From Smithellaceae bacterium (GTDB lineage Bacteria; Desulfobacterota; Syntrophia; Syntrophales; Smithellaceae): a stretch of 64,000 nucleotides of DNA. Positions within the stretch are counted from its first letter, which is position 1, and each line of letters begins with the position of its first letter. This document shows, piece by piece, positions 54,378 through 62,414 of this stretch. Position numbers and translations under genes: made by a program. The notes under the pieces are model-generated. The model saw only the letters and a list, made by a program, of their open reading frames with translations, had not been told where the DNA came from and did not search any database. The stretch is taken from assembly GCA_050008655.1 (NCBI GenBank), contig JBEKMF010000001.1, positions 1,445 through 65,444 on the forward strand, read 5' to 3'.

Positions 54378-55388
54378 TTATGGGTTGAAGATAAATTCTT
54401 CTTTATCATGATGTTCATCATATTTACCGAGCGGTGGCATATCTTCCATCGAAGAGCCGGCACGGTTACTGAAAAGCTCCCAGCAATCTTTGTCGATCTT
54501 TTTCAGGAATTTGCGCAAGTCAACGCCCATGGGACAAACGGCAACGCAAGAACCGCAATCGACACAGCGTCCGACCATATGATAGAGGCGCATCAACTGA
54601 AATACCTGCGTATCTGTTTTATCTTCACCGATGCCCACCCACTGCGGCTGGCTCTGCTCAACAAAACAAGTGGGGCAGTAGCAGGAAGGACAGGCCTGAC
54701 GGCAGGCATTGCAGCGTATGCACTTTTCCATCTCCTTGGTAAAATAGGCAAAACGTTCTTCTATTGATTTGGCTTCAAATTCCTTCACGTCATTATATTC
54801 GGCATCGGGATTCATGGCGGGAGCATTTTGGCCGACCATGACATCGGAAATTATCGGATTATTGAAACGGCAGGTGCGGCAGCTGTCAGCCAGCACGTCT
54901 TTTAATGCGACTGCCTTTTCCCCATCCGGGGTTTTCATCTTGATCTGCCCGTTTTCTATCGATCCTTCCACTATATCTGCGCCATTGATAGCCGCTTTCA
55001 ATTTCTTCCCATCCAGATAACCTGTGCAGGGCACGCCGATGATATAGACTTCATCGCGGCCATATTGTCTTTCCTGCAAATGGATGATCAGCGAACGAGT
55101 AGTACAGCCACGGGCAACAACACCGATAACTTTTTTCTTCCGGTCTTCCGGTTTAACCCGCTTTTGTGAGTTTTTGTGCGCCGTTATCAGATCATGCACG
55201 AATTTAGCCAAATTCTGCGTACAGAGATTATTCCATACGAGTTTGTCGGCTTCTTCCGGCGTGGTGATAAAACAAGGTGTTGCCGTGAGTGGAAGCGTGC
55301 CTTTTTCATAGCCGATAATCACGTCGGCCTTTTTTTCCAAAAGCAGCCTTTTTGCTTCTTCCCGCAATTTTGTCTCGATGTTTTCCAC
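54378..55388 (-). CDS. iron-sulfur oxidoreductase subunit, FlxC/HydB-like (uncertain)
   Basis: CIRCNACRQACPSCYCPTCF and CVDCGSCVAVCP motifs. The N-terminal Cys-containing domain (ARGCTTRS, GVPCTGY) is unassigned. Confidence 0.5.
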   Translation of the reverse strand: MENIETKLREEAKRLLLEKKADVIIGYEKGTLPLTATPCFITTPEEADKLVWNNLCTQNLAKFVHDLITAHKNSQKRVKPEDRKKKVIGVVARGCTTRSLIIHLQERQYGRDEVYIIGVPCTGYLDGKKLKAAINGADIVEGSIENGQIKMKTPDGEKAVALKDVLADSCRTCRFNNPIISDVMVGQNAPAMNPDAEYNDVKEFEAKSIEERFAYFTKEMEKCIRCNACRQACPSCYCPTCFVEQSQPQWVGIGEDKTDTQVFQLMRLYHMVGRCVDCGSCVAVCPMGVDLRKFLKKIDKDCWELFSNRAGSSMEDMPPLGKYDEHHDKEEFIFNP

Positions 55389-55425
55389 AGTAATTGTTTC
55401 CCCGTTTAATTTTTATTCCTGAAGT

Positions 55426-55866
55426 TTAACCAATTTTCTTTACTAATTTTTTGGCCGGCCCTAAAGCTTTAACTTTGGCAGTAACGCCTCTAATCACTTG
55501 AGCAAAACGGTCACCTTCGGATGCAGAAACCCAAGTAAACATGGTTCTATCACCCTCCATACCGATATACGACAAAAAGCTCTTTAAAGCGGCAAACTTC
55601 CGGCGCGCCACTAAATTTCCGGAGATGTAATGACACTCACCCGGATGACAACCGGAAACCAGAACGCCATCCGCTCCGCCTTGCAAGGCTTTGACGATAT
55701 AGAAAGGATTAATTCTTCCGGTGCAGGGAACACGGATAATTCTTACATTCGGTGGATACTGAATTCTGCTGATACCGGCCAGATCGGCTCCGGCATAAGT
55801 GCACCAGTTACAGACAATAGCAACAATTTTCGGCTCCCAATCTTTCTTTGCCACATTCTCAGCCAT
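55426..55866 (-). CDS. mvhD: MvhD/FlxD-type hydrogenase iron-sulfur subunit D
   Basis: Motifs IVAIVCNWCTYAGADLAG, IRVPCTGR and GADGVLVSGCHPGECHY. Confidence 0.9.
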   Translation of the reverse strand: MAENVAKKDWEPKIVAIVCNWCTYAGADLAGISRIQYPPNVRIIRVPCTGRINPFYIVKALQGGADGVLVSGCHPGECHYISGNLVARRKFAALKSFLSYIGMEGDRTMFTWVSASEGDRFAQVIRGVTAKVKALGPAKKLVKKIG

Positions 55867-55905
55867 ATATTCTCCGTCTCACGACTCACTTATGAGCCGT
55901 TTGCC

Positions 55906-58900
55906 TTAGTTTAAATTTTCCATCTGTGCCAATACTTCTTCGTTATTGAAACCGTTGAGATCAACTGCATTCATACGGCAGGATGCCGTACAGACACCGC
56001 ATCCTTTACATAAAACGGTATTGACGACCGCGCAGCCTTCCTTAAGATCTACCTGGATCGCGCTATATGGACAATTGATTTCACAAAGACCGCAAGCCGA
56101 ACATCTATCCTTATTGACATAAGCCGTCTTACCTTCCGCCTCTATGAAATCAAGAGTGAGGATTGTGCAAGCGCGTGACACTGCGGCATTCGCCTGAGTT
56201 ATTGATTCGTCACTGAACTTGGGCGAATGCGCCATGCCGCACATAAACACACCATCTGTCTGGAAATCAACCGGACGTAATTTCACGTGCGCTTCGAGGA
56301 AGAAACCGTCTTGATTGGTGGGTACCTTCAGCATTTGACCGATGGCCGCATTTTCGGGATTCGGCACAACGCCGACACTCAGAGCCACAATATCTGCCGG
56401 CAAAACAATCGCTTCATTAAGAATCGGATCAAATACTTTTACTTCGACTTTGTTGCCTTTGGCTATCACTTCCGGTTTCCTATCCTCTTCGAAAGATATA
56501 AATTTGATATTGGCTTCACGCGCTTTTTTGTAATAGTCCTCTTTAAAGGCAAAAGTGCGAATGTCACGGTAAAGAATTGTGATATCGCGGGAGGGATCGG
56601 CAGCTTTAAGTTCCAGTGCATTTTTAACTGCCTCGGAGCAGCAATAACGGCTGCAATAAGGTCTCTCTTTATCGCGCGAACCTACACATTGGATCATTAC
56701 GACATTTTTCACCGCGGCCAGTTTCGGATCTTTTTCGTAAACCAGAGTTTCCAGCTCTCTTTGCGTCTTCACTTTGGCATTTTGGCCGTAGAGATATTCT
56801 TTGGGTTTGTTCTCATTAGCACCGGTGGCTACGATCACCACGCCATGCTCGAAAACTTTTTCGCCTTCTTTAACCTTAACCGTGGTTTTGTAATTGCCGA
56901 TAAACCCTTCGATCTTTTCAATCCTGGCGCCGGTGGCTACTTGGATTAAAGGATTCTTGTAAACTTTTTCCAAAAGACTCTTCAAGTGAGAGCGAGTATC
57001 CAAACCTTCCAGAGTTTTATAGAGGTGATTGTAATTGCCGCCCAGACGTTCTTCTTTTTCCACAATGAACGAAGCAAAACCCTGATCGGCCAGTGACAGG
57101 GCAGCAGTCATGCCGGCCAAACCGCCGCCGATGATCAAAGCCTGATGATTCACAGAAAGCTGACCTGGTTTCAAGGGTTTCAGATATTGCGCCTTGGCCA
57201 CAGCCATGCGTATCAAATCTTTAGCTTTTTCCGTCGCCGCCTGAGGTTCATTCATATGCACCCAGGAATCCTGATCGCGAATATTGGCCATCTCGAACAA
57301 ATATCTGTTTAAACCGGCCTTCTCGCAGTTTTCCTGGAACAAACCTTCATGTGTGCGCGGTGAACAGGAGGCCACAACAACTCTCGTGAGATTTTTTTCT
57401 TTGATGACTTCGGCCATCTTCACGGCCGTATCCTGCGAACAGGTGAACAGATTGTCAGCGGAATAAACTACTGTGGGCAATGTCGCGGCATAATCTCTGA
57501 CGGCGGGTACATCTACTACACCGCCAATGTTGATGCCGCAATGGCAGACAAATACGCCGGTACGCACTCCCGTGCCACGTAAATCTTTTTCTTCCGGATT
57601 TTCCACCGCGGTGATCAGCGTGCCGCGCTGTGAAGCCAGAAGTCCTTCCGCACAGGCAGCGGCGGCACTGGCTTCCATAACCGTTTCGGGAATATCCTTC
57701 GGACCACCGAAAGCGCCGCAAACAAAAACGCCCGGACGAGAAGTCTGCACCGGATTTTCCAACTGTGTTTTGCAGAATCCATGCTCTTCCAACTCTATCC
57801 CCAGACTGCCCGCAAGCTTCTTGGCCTCTTTAGGCGGCATCAGACCGACGGAGAGAACAACCATGTCGAATTCTTCTTCGGTGAATGTTCCGTCCTGATT
57901 GACATATTTAATCAGCAGATTATTCCTCTGCTGTAGTTCTTTGATTGCTGACGGCATCGAACGGATGTAACGAATGCCGTATTCTTCTTTGGCACGATTG
58001 ACAAAACGGTCAAAATCCTTGCCATGGGCGCGAATGTCCATGTAGAAAATTGTCGGTTCCAGACCCTTGGCATGTTCTTTACCGATGATGGCTTCTTTGG
58101 TCGCATACATACAGCAAACCGACGAACACCAGCTGTTGTCGCAGGAGACGTCGCGGGAACCTACGCATTGAATGAACGCGATTTTCTTTGGTTCTTTGCC
58201 ATCGGAAATTCTCTGTACATGGCCGAAGAACGGCCCGGATGCGGATAGAATTCGTTCAAACTGAATGGCGGAAACAACATTTTTATAAATACCGTATCCA
58301 TATTCGCCGCGGATACGGGCATCAAATATTTCAAAACCGGGCGAGGCAATGACGGCGCCTACTTCGATGATTTCTTCTTCAACTTTCATGTCGTGGTCAA
58401 CAGCTTTGGCAATACAAGCTTCCACACACTGATAACATTCGGAGCATATGCCGCAATTCAAACAACGCAGTGCCTCGGCCACAGCTTGAGCTTCATCAAA
58501 GCCAATGCCGACTTCCTTGAAATTGGTTCGGCGATCTTGCGGTTTCATGAGGGGATATTTCACGCGGGGACTCTTGGGCACATCAGAAACATCGGCCTTG
58601 TCCGCCAGGTCTTTGGTCCAATCTTTTTCGCGTCCGGCCTTAATATCTTCACCCAAGAGATAACGATTGATGGACTTGGCTGCTTCTTTACCTGAATAAA
58701 CAGCCTTAACGACCGTCTGAGGACCGGTGACCACGTCACCACCGGAAAATACGCCAGCAATGTTTGTCGCGTAAGTAATCTTATCGTAATCGATATTGTT
58801 CCATTTGTTGATGGAAACGCCGCTTTCTTTGGTAATGAAAGAGAGGTCGGCTTCCTGGCCGATAGCGGGAACGATGGCATCGCATTGGACCATAAATTCC

Positions 58901-60333
58901 GATCCTTTGATTTCAATGGGTCGGCGGCGACCACTCGCATCCGGTTCGCCAAGCTCCATGCGCGTGCATTCGATACCCGTAACTTTCCCGTTCTTGCCGA
59001 GAACCCGCTTCGGGGCAACGAGGAATTTCATCTCGATTCCTTCTTCCATGGCTTCTTCGATTTCCTCCGGTGATGCGGGCATTTCCGCGCGGGTCCGGCG
59101 ATAGAGAATGAAAACATTCTTGGAGCCGGTGCGCACAGCCACGCGGACGGCATCCATGGCTACGTTACCGCCGCCAATAACAGCTACTCTGTCACCCAGA
59201 GAAACTTTTTTACCAAGATTGATCTGCATCAGATAATCAACGCCATGAACCACTCCCTGCATATCCTCGCCGGGAATGTTGAGCTTACTACTCTTCATCG
59301 TACCGCAGCCGATGAAGATCGCGCTGTAATCTTTCCGGAGCTGATCAAAGGAAATATCTTTGCCGATTTTTGTATTGAGGTGAATCTTCACACCCAGGTC
59401 TTGAATGACTTTGATTTCCGCATTGAGAATATTCTTGGGAAGACGGTATTCGGGAATGCCAACAGCCATCCAGCCGCCTGCGACCGGCAGGGCTTCAAAA
59501 ACTTCTACATCATAGCCTTCGATGGCCAGGTAGTAAGCACAGGTCAGACCCGAGGGACCGGCGCCGACAACAGCTACCTTCTTCCCTTTGCTTTCTTTCT
59601 TTTCGGGCAGGTAACGCGTATCGCCACTTAGATCGAGATCCGCAACAAAACGCTTCAGGTGCATAATATCGATGGGATCGTCCACTTTGCCCCGCATACA
59701 GGCCGTCTCGCAGGGATGGTTGCAAACGCGTCCGCAAACAATGGGAAAAGGGTTATCCTGTTTGATAAGTTTGAGTGCTTCTTTAAACTTGCCCTGACCA
59801 ATCAAGGCCACATAACCCTGAACACTGATATGAGTAGGACAATTGGCTTTACAGGGAGAGGTTCCCAGTTTATCGATGGCAAAACCGCTGGGAATAGCCT
59901 GAGGGAAATGGCGGAAGATAGCTTTTCTTTCACTCAAATTACCATTAAATTCAGCTTTTATAGAAACCGGGCAAACATTAGCGCAATCACCGCAACCTGT
60001 ACATTTATCCAGATTAACAAAACGCGGCGCTCTGGTTAATTTAACTTTAAATTTTCCCGGTTCACCTTCGACCGACTCCACAGTCCGTAGTGTTTTAATT
60101 TCGACATTGGGATGGCGCCCTACTTCCACCAGTTTCGGCGACAATATGCAGGCGGAACAGTCATTTGTGGGAAAAGTCTTGTCCAGTTGCGCCATGACGC
60201 CGCCGATACTGATCCCGTTTTCGACCAGATATACTTTCATTCCGGAATTGGCTAAATCGAGAGAGGCCTGAATGCCGGCGATTCCCGCACCAACAACCAT
60301 TACTGCACCAACTTTTTCGTTATCTTTTAGCAC
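55906..60333 (-). CDS. giant HdrA-like flavoprotein (HdrL-type): HdrA module interrupted by a GltD/NfnB-like module, fused to a second complete HdrA module
   Basis: 1475 aa. Four dinucleotide folds (GAGIAG aa 15-20, GAGPSG about 257, GGGNVA about 387, GGGLAG about 1069). Two CVGSRD motifs. Fe-S motifs at about 111, 161-211, 624-640, 1411-1452. The GltD-like block (aa about 155-570) aligns with the NfnB encoded at 48590. Confidence 0.85.
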   Translation of the reverse strand: MLKDNEKVGAVMVVGAGIAGIQASLDLANSGMKVYLVENGISIGGVMAQLDKTFPTNDCSACILSPKLVEVGRHPNVEIKTLRTVESVEGEPGKFKVKLTRAPRFVNLDKCTGCGDCANVCPVSIKAEFNGNLSERKAIFRHFPQAIPSGFAIDKLGTSPCKANCPTHISVQGYVALIGQGKFKEALKLIKQDNPFPIVCGRVCNHPCETACMRGKVDDPIDIMHLKRFVADLDLSGDTRYLPEKKESKGKKVAVVGAGPSGLTCAYYLAIEGYDVEVFEALPVAGGWMAVGIPEYRLPKNILNAEIKVIQDLGVKIHLNTKIGKDISFDQLRKDYSAIFIGCGTMKSSKLNIPGEDMQGVVHGVDYLMQINLGKKVSLGDRVAVIGGGNVAMDAVRVAVRTGSKNVFILYRRTRAEMPASPEEIEEAMEEGIEMKFLVAPKRVLGKNGKVTGIECTRMELGEPDASGRRRPIEIKGSEFMVQCDAIVPAIGQEADLSFITKESGVSINKWNNIDYDKITYATNIAGVFSGGDVVTGPQTVVKAVYSGKEAAKSINRYLLGEDIKAGREKDWTKDLADKADVSDVPKSPRVKYPLMKPQDRRTNFKEVGIGFDEAQAVAEALRCLNCGICSECYQCVEACIAKAVDHDMKVEEEIIEVGAVIASPGFEIFDARIRGEYGYGIYKNVVSAIQFERILSASGPFFGHVQRISDGKEPKKIAFIQCVGSRDVSCDNSWCSSVCCMYATKEAIIGKEHAKGLEPTIFYMDIRAHGKDFDRFVNRAKEEYGIRYIRSMPSAIKELQQRNNLLIKYVNQDGTFTEEEFDMVVLSVGLMPPKEAKKLAGSLGIELEEHGFCKTQLENPVQTSRPGVFVCGAFGGPKDIPETVMEASAAAACAEGLLASQRGTLITAVENPEEKDLRGTGVRTGVFVCHCGINIGGVVDVPAVRDYAATLPTVVYSADNLFTCSQDTAVKMAEVIKEKNLTRVVVASCSPRTHEGLFQENCEKAGLNRYLFEMANIRDQDSWVHMNEPQAATEKAKDLIRMAVAKAQYLKPLKPGQLSVNHQALIIGGGLAGMTAALSLADQGFASFIVEKEERLGGNYNHLYKTLEGLDTRSHLKSLLEKVYKNPLIQVATGARIEKIEGFIGNYKTTVKVKEGEKVFEHGVVIVATGANENKPKEYLYGQNAKVKTQRELETLVYEKDPKLAAVKNVVMIQCVGSRDKERPYCSRYCCSEAVKNALELKAADPSRDITILYRDIRTFAFKEDYYKKAREANIKFISFEEDRKPEVIAKGNKVEVKVFDPILNEAIVLPADIVALSVGVVPNPENAAIGQMLKVPTNQDGFFLEAHVKLRPVDFQTDGVFMCGMAHSPKFSDESITQANAAVSRACTILTLDFIEAEGKTAYVNKDRCSACGLCEINCPYSAIQVDLKEGCAVVNTVLCKGCGVCTASCRMNAVDLNGFNNEEVLAQMENLN

Positions 60334-60491
60334 CTGATACTCCTCATATATTCTCTATAGGCAAAACCTTTTAAAATATTATTTAATACAAGGCCGGACA
60401 AACTGGCGTCGGCTAACATAATTTAATCATCCTGTCAAGGCTAGCAGCTTTCTTATATCTACTTTTTTAATAATTATTGTATAAGAAATTT

Positions 60492-60506
60492 TTGACCATC
60501 GGTCAA
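60492..60506. promoter_or_regulatory. perfect palindrome TTGACC-atc-GGTCAA upstream of the hdrL-like gene
   Basis: 15-bp dyad 160 nt upstream of the 60333 start codon, nested between a 10-bp inverted repeat (GCCGGACAAA 60393-60402 / TTTGTCCGGC 60516-60525). The cognate regulator is unknown. Confidence 0.3.
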
Positions 60507-60688
60507 GAAAAATATTTTGTCCGGCTCACTTTAAATGTTATGGTAAAAAAATCAGTATTAAATCAATGGCTTTAACTGAAAAAAGCTTGTCTGATATCAT
60601 TTATTACCTTAACTATAACCTTAATATAACTATTTCTTTACAAATATCAAATTCAGGAACTTGGCCCTCTTCCGGATTTCACTGACAA

Positions 60689-61288
60689 CTAGCAATTCTT
60701 CTGTGAACGCAAATGATCTTCCAATGACTGCCAAATTTCTTCTTTGCCTTTCTGAGTTTTTGCAGAAAATAAAATAGTTTTTATTCCCGCCGACACCTGC
60801 AAATTGCGTTCAATTGCGTGACGGCGCCTGAGAGTTTGGCTGTACGGTATCTTATCCGTTTTAGTTAAAATGTAAAGATAAGGTATCCGGTAATGCGTAA
60901 GCCAATCTCGCAGTGATAAATCGTCTTCACTGGGATCGCGACGGATATCTAAAATAAATACTACCAAGGTAAGGCTTTGCCGTTCTTTTAAGTACGCCTC
61001 CACCATTTCTCCCCAATTCTTTTTAACCGACTGGGAAACTTTGGCAAAACCATAGCCGGGGAGATCAACAAACGATATTTTTTCATTGATAGTAAAAAAG
61101 TTAATTAGTTGTGTTCTGCCAGGAGTATTGCTGGTCTTGGCCAGATTTTTGCGTCCGACAAGCGTGTTGACCAAAGATGATTTGCCGACATTGGAACGCC
61201 CGACGAAAGCAATCTCCGGCAGTGTCGCCGGTGGGTACTGAGGCGGCCAAACCGCGCTTTTTACAAATTCCGCTTTCGTAATTTTCAT
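60689..61288 (-). CDS. engB: ribosome biogenesis GTP-binding protein YsxC/EngB
   Basis: G1 (GRSNVGKSS), G3 (DLPGYG), G4 (TKTDK) and 199 aa length. Confidence 0.9.
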   Translation of the reverse strand: MKITKAEFVKSAVWPPQYPPATLPEIAFVGRSNVGKSSLVNTLVGRKNLAKTSNTPGRTQLINFFTINEKISFVDLPGYGFAKVSQSVKKNWGEMVEAYLKERQSLTLVVFILDIRRDPSEDDLSLRDWLTHYRIPYLYILTKTDKIPYSQTLRRRHAIERNLQVSAGIKTILFSAKTQKGKEEIWQSLEDHLRSQKNC

Positions 61289-61357
61289 GGTTTAAATATT
61301 AGGGCGCTGTTGTCCCTAATTTCACAATGAACGAGATATAAAAAACAATAACTATTC

Positions 61358-61885
61358 TTATAAACGAATGAACAAGTAATAAAGAATTTCAACTATAAAC
61401 ACTATCGAAAATATGGAGATAATACCTGATATCAAAGAAGGTTTATAGTCGTTGTAAAAATTACGAAAATAATTCCTTATCCAGAAGTAAAGGATCAACA
61501 TTATAACGAAACCTAAAAGTTCAATTATAATTGTATGTAAGTTATCATCTCTTTTCAACTTCCCGTAATATGAACTATACATGAATAATAAGACAACCCA
61601 TCCCCATCCCCACTTACGTCTTTTTTTGTCTTTCTCATCCCTCAAAAATGTTTCCAATATTGTATCATCTTCTAACGTCTTTTCAGTATTTGATGTGTAT
61701 AAGGGGTCATTGTCTTTTTTATCATTAGTATTTTCCTCCTTCATATCGGAAATTATTGGTTTGTCAATATTATCAGAAGGAAGTGATGACACATCCGTCT
61801 TTTCAACATTTAAAATTATCGAACCACAAGAATAACAAAAGATTGAGTCATCACTGATTTCTTTTCCACATTTTGAACAAAACAT
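61358..61885 (-). CDS. zinc-ribbon domain membrane protein (hypothetical)
   Basis: N-terminal CSKCG...CYSCG zinc ribbon, an acidic/Lys-rich linker and 2-3 C-terminal TM segments. Confidence 0.55.
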   Translation of the reverse strand: MFCSKCGKEISDDSIFCYSCGSIILNVEKTDVSSLPSDNIDKPIISDMKEENTNDKKDNDPLYTSNTEKTLEDDTILETFLRDEKDKKRRKWGWGWVVLLFMYSSYYGKLKRDDNLHTIIIELLGFVIMLILYFWIRNYFRNFYNDYKPSLISGIISIFSIVFIVEILYYLFIRL

Positions 61886-62313
61886 TTTCTATTCTCCATT
61901 TATAGAAGATTAAAAAATAAAAAACCCCAAATCCTTTCGGGACTGGAGTTTCATGTTATCTGAAATCGTTCATCTGTTACCCTCGCATTATTAAAGGGAA
62001 TGACTGAACCAATTAAAATTAATTAATTTTTAAAATACCAAATTTCTAATAATTTACAAGATATAAATTCCTCTTGTTCAACTTTTCAACTCAATACTGA
62101 ACAAATTTTCTAAATTTTCTCTGTTATTAGGAACAGCAGGTCTTGAAATATCAGTTCTATTTCCATTTCCCATCCGCTATTTTGCATTTGTTTCCCGGAT
62201 TCACCCTAAAGGTTACTTCGCCCGCCTACGCGGGAATGACTACTTTTGTAGCTTTTAGTAATATCCACTTCGCCATTATTTTATATCATTTCGATTTCAA
62301 AGGATAACCAGGC

Positions 62314-62407
62314 GGCAAGGAGGAGGCTCCGCAGGCGTATATGAATATACGTTGAGGAAGCTGACGACGAAGCCAACAAAGTTAGCCAAAGAAAGCGGAA
62401 TGGTATC
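62314..62407 (+). repeat. family-2 repeat, copy c
   Basis: GGCAAGGAGGAGGCTCCGCAGGCGTATATGAATATACGTTGAGGAAGCTGACGACGAAGCCAACAAAGTTAGCCAAAGAAAGCGGAATGGTATC. It ends 8 nt before the stop codon of the ntrC-type gene. Confidence 0.85.
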
Positions 62408-62414
62408 GGGCACA

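Noticed and set aside
52809-60333. In-frame UGA selenocysteine or split genes in the hdr/flx cluster. Some HdrA/HdrL and MvhD homologs in sulfate reducers contain selenocysteine.
   Set aside because: All cluster genes are continuous ORFs with Cys at the expected cluster or active-site positions. No adjacent ORF pairs look like halves of one protein interrupted by TGA.
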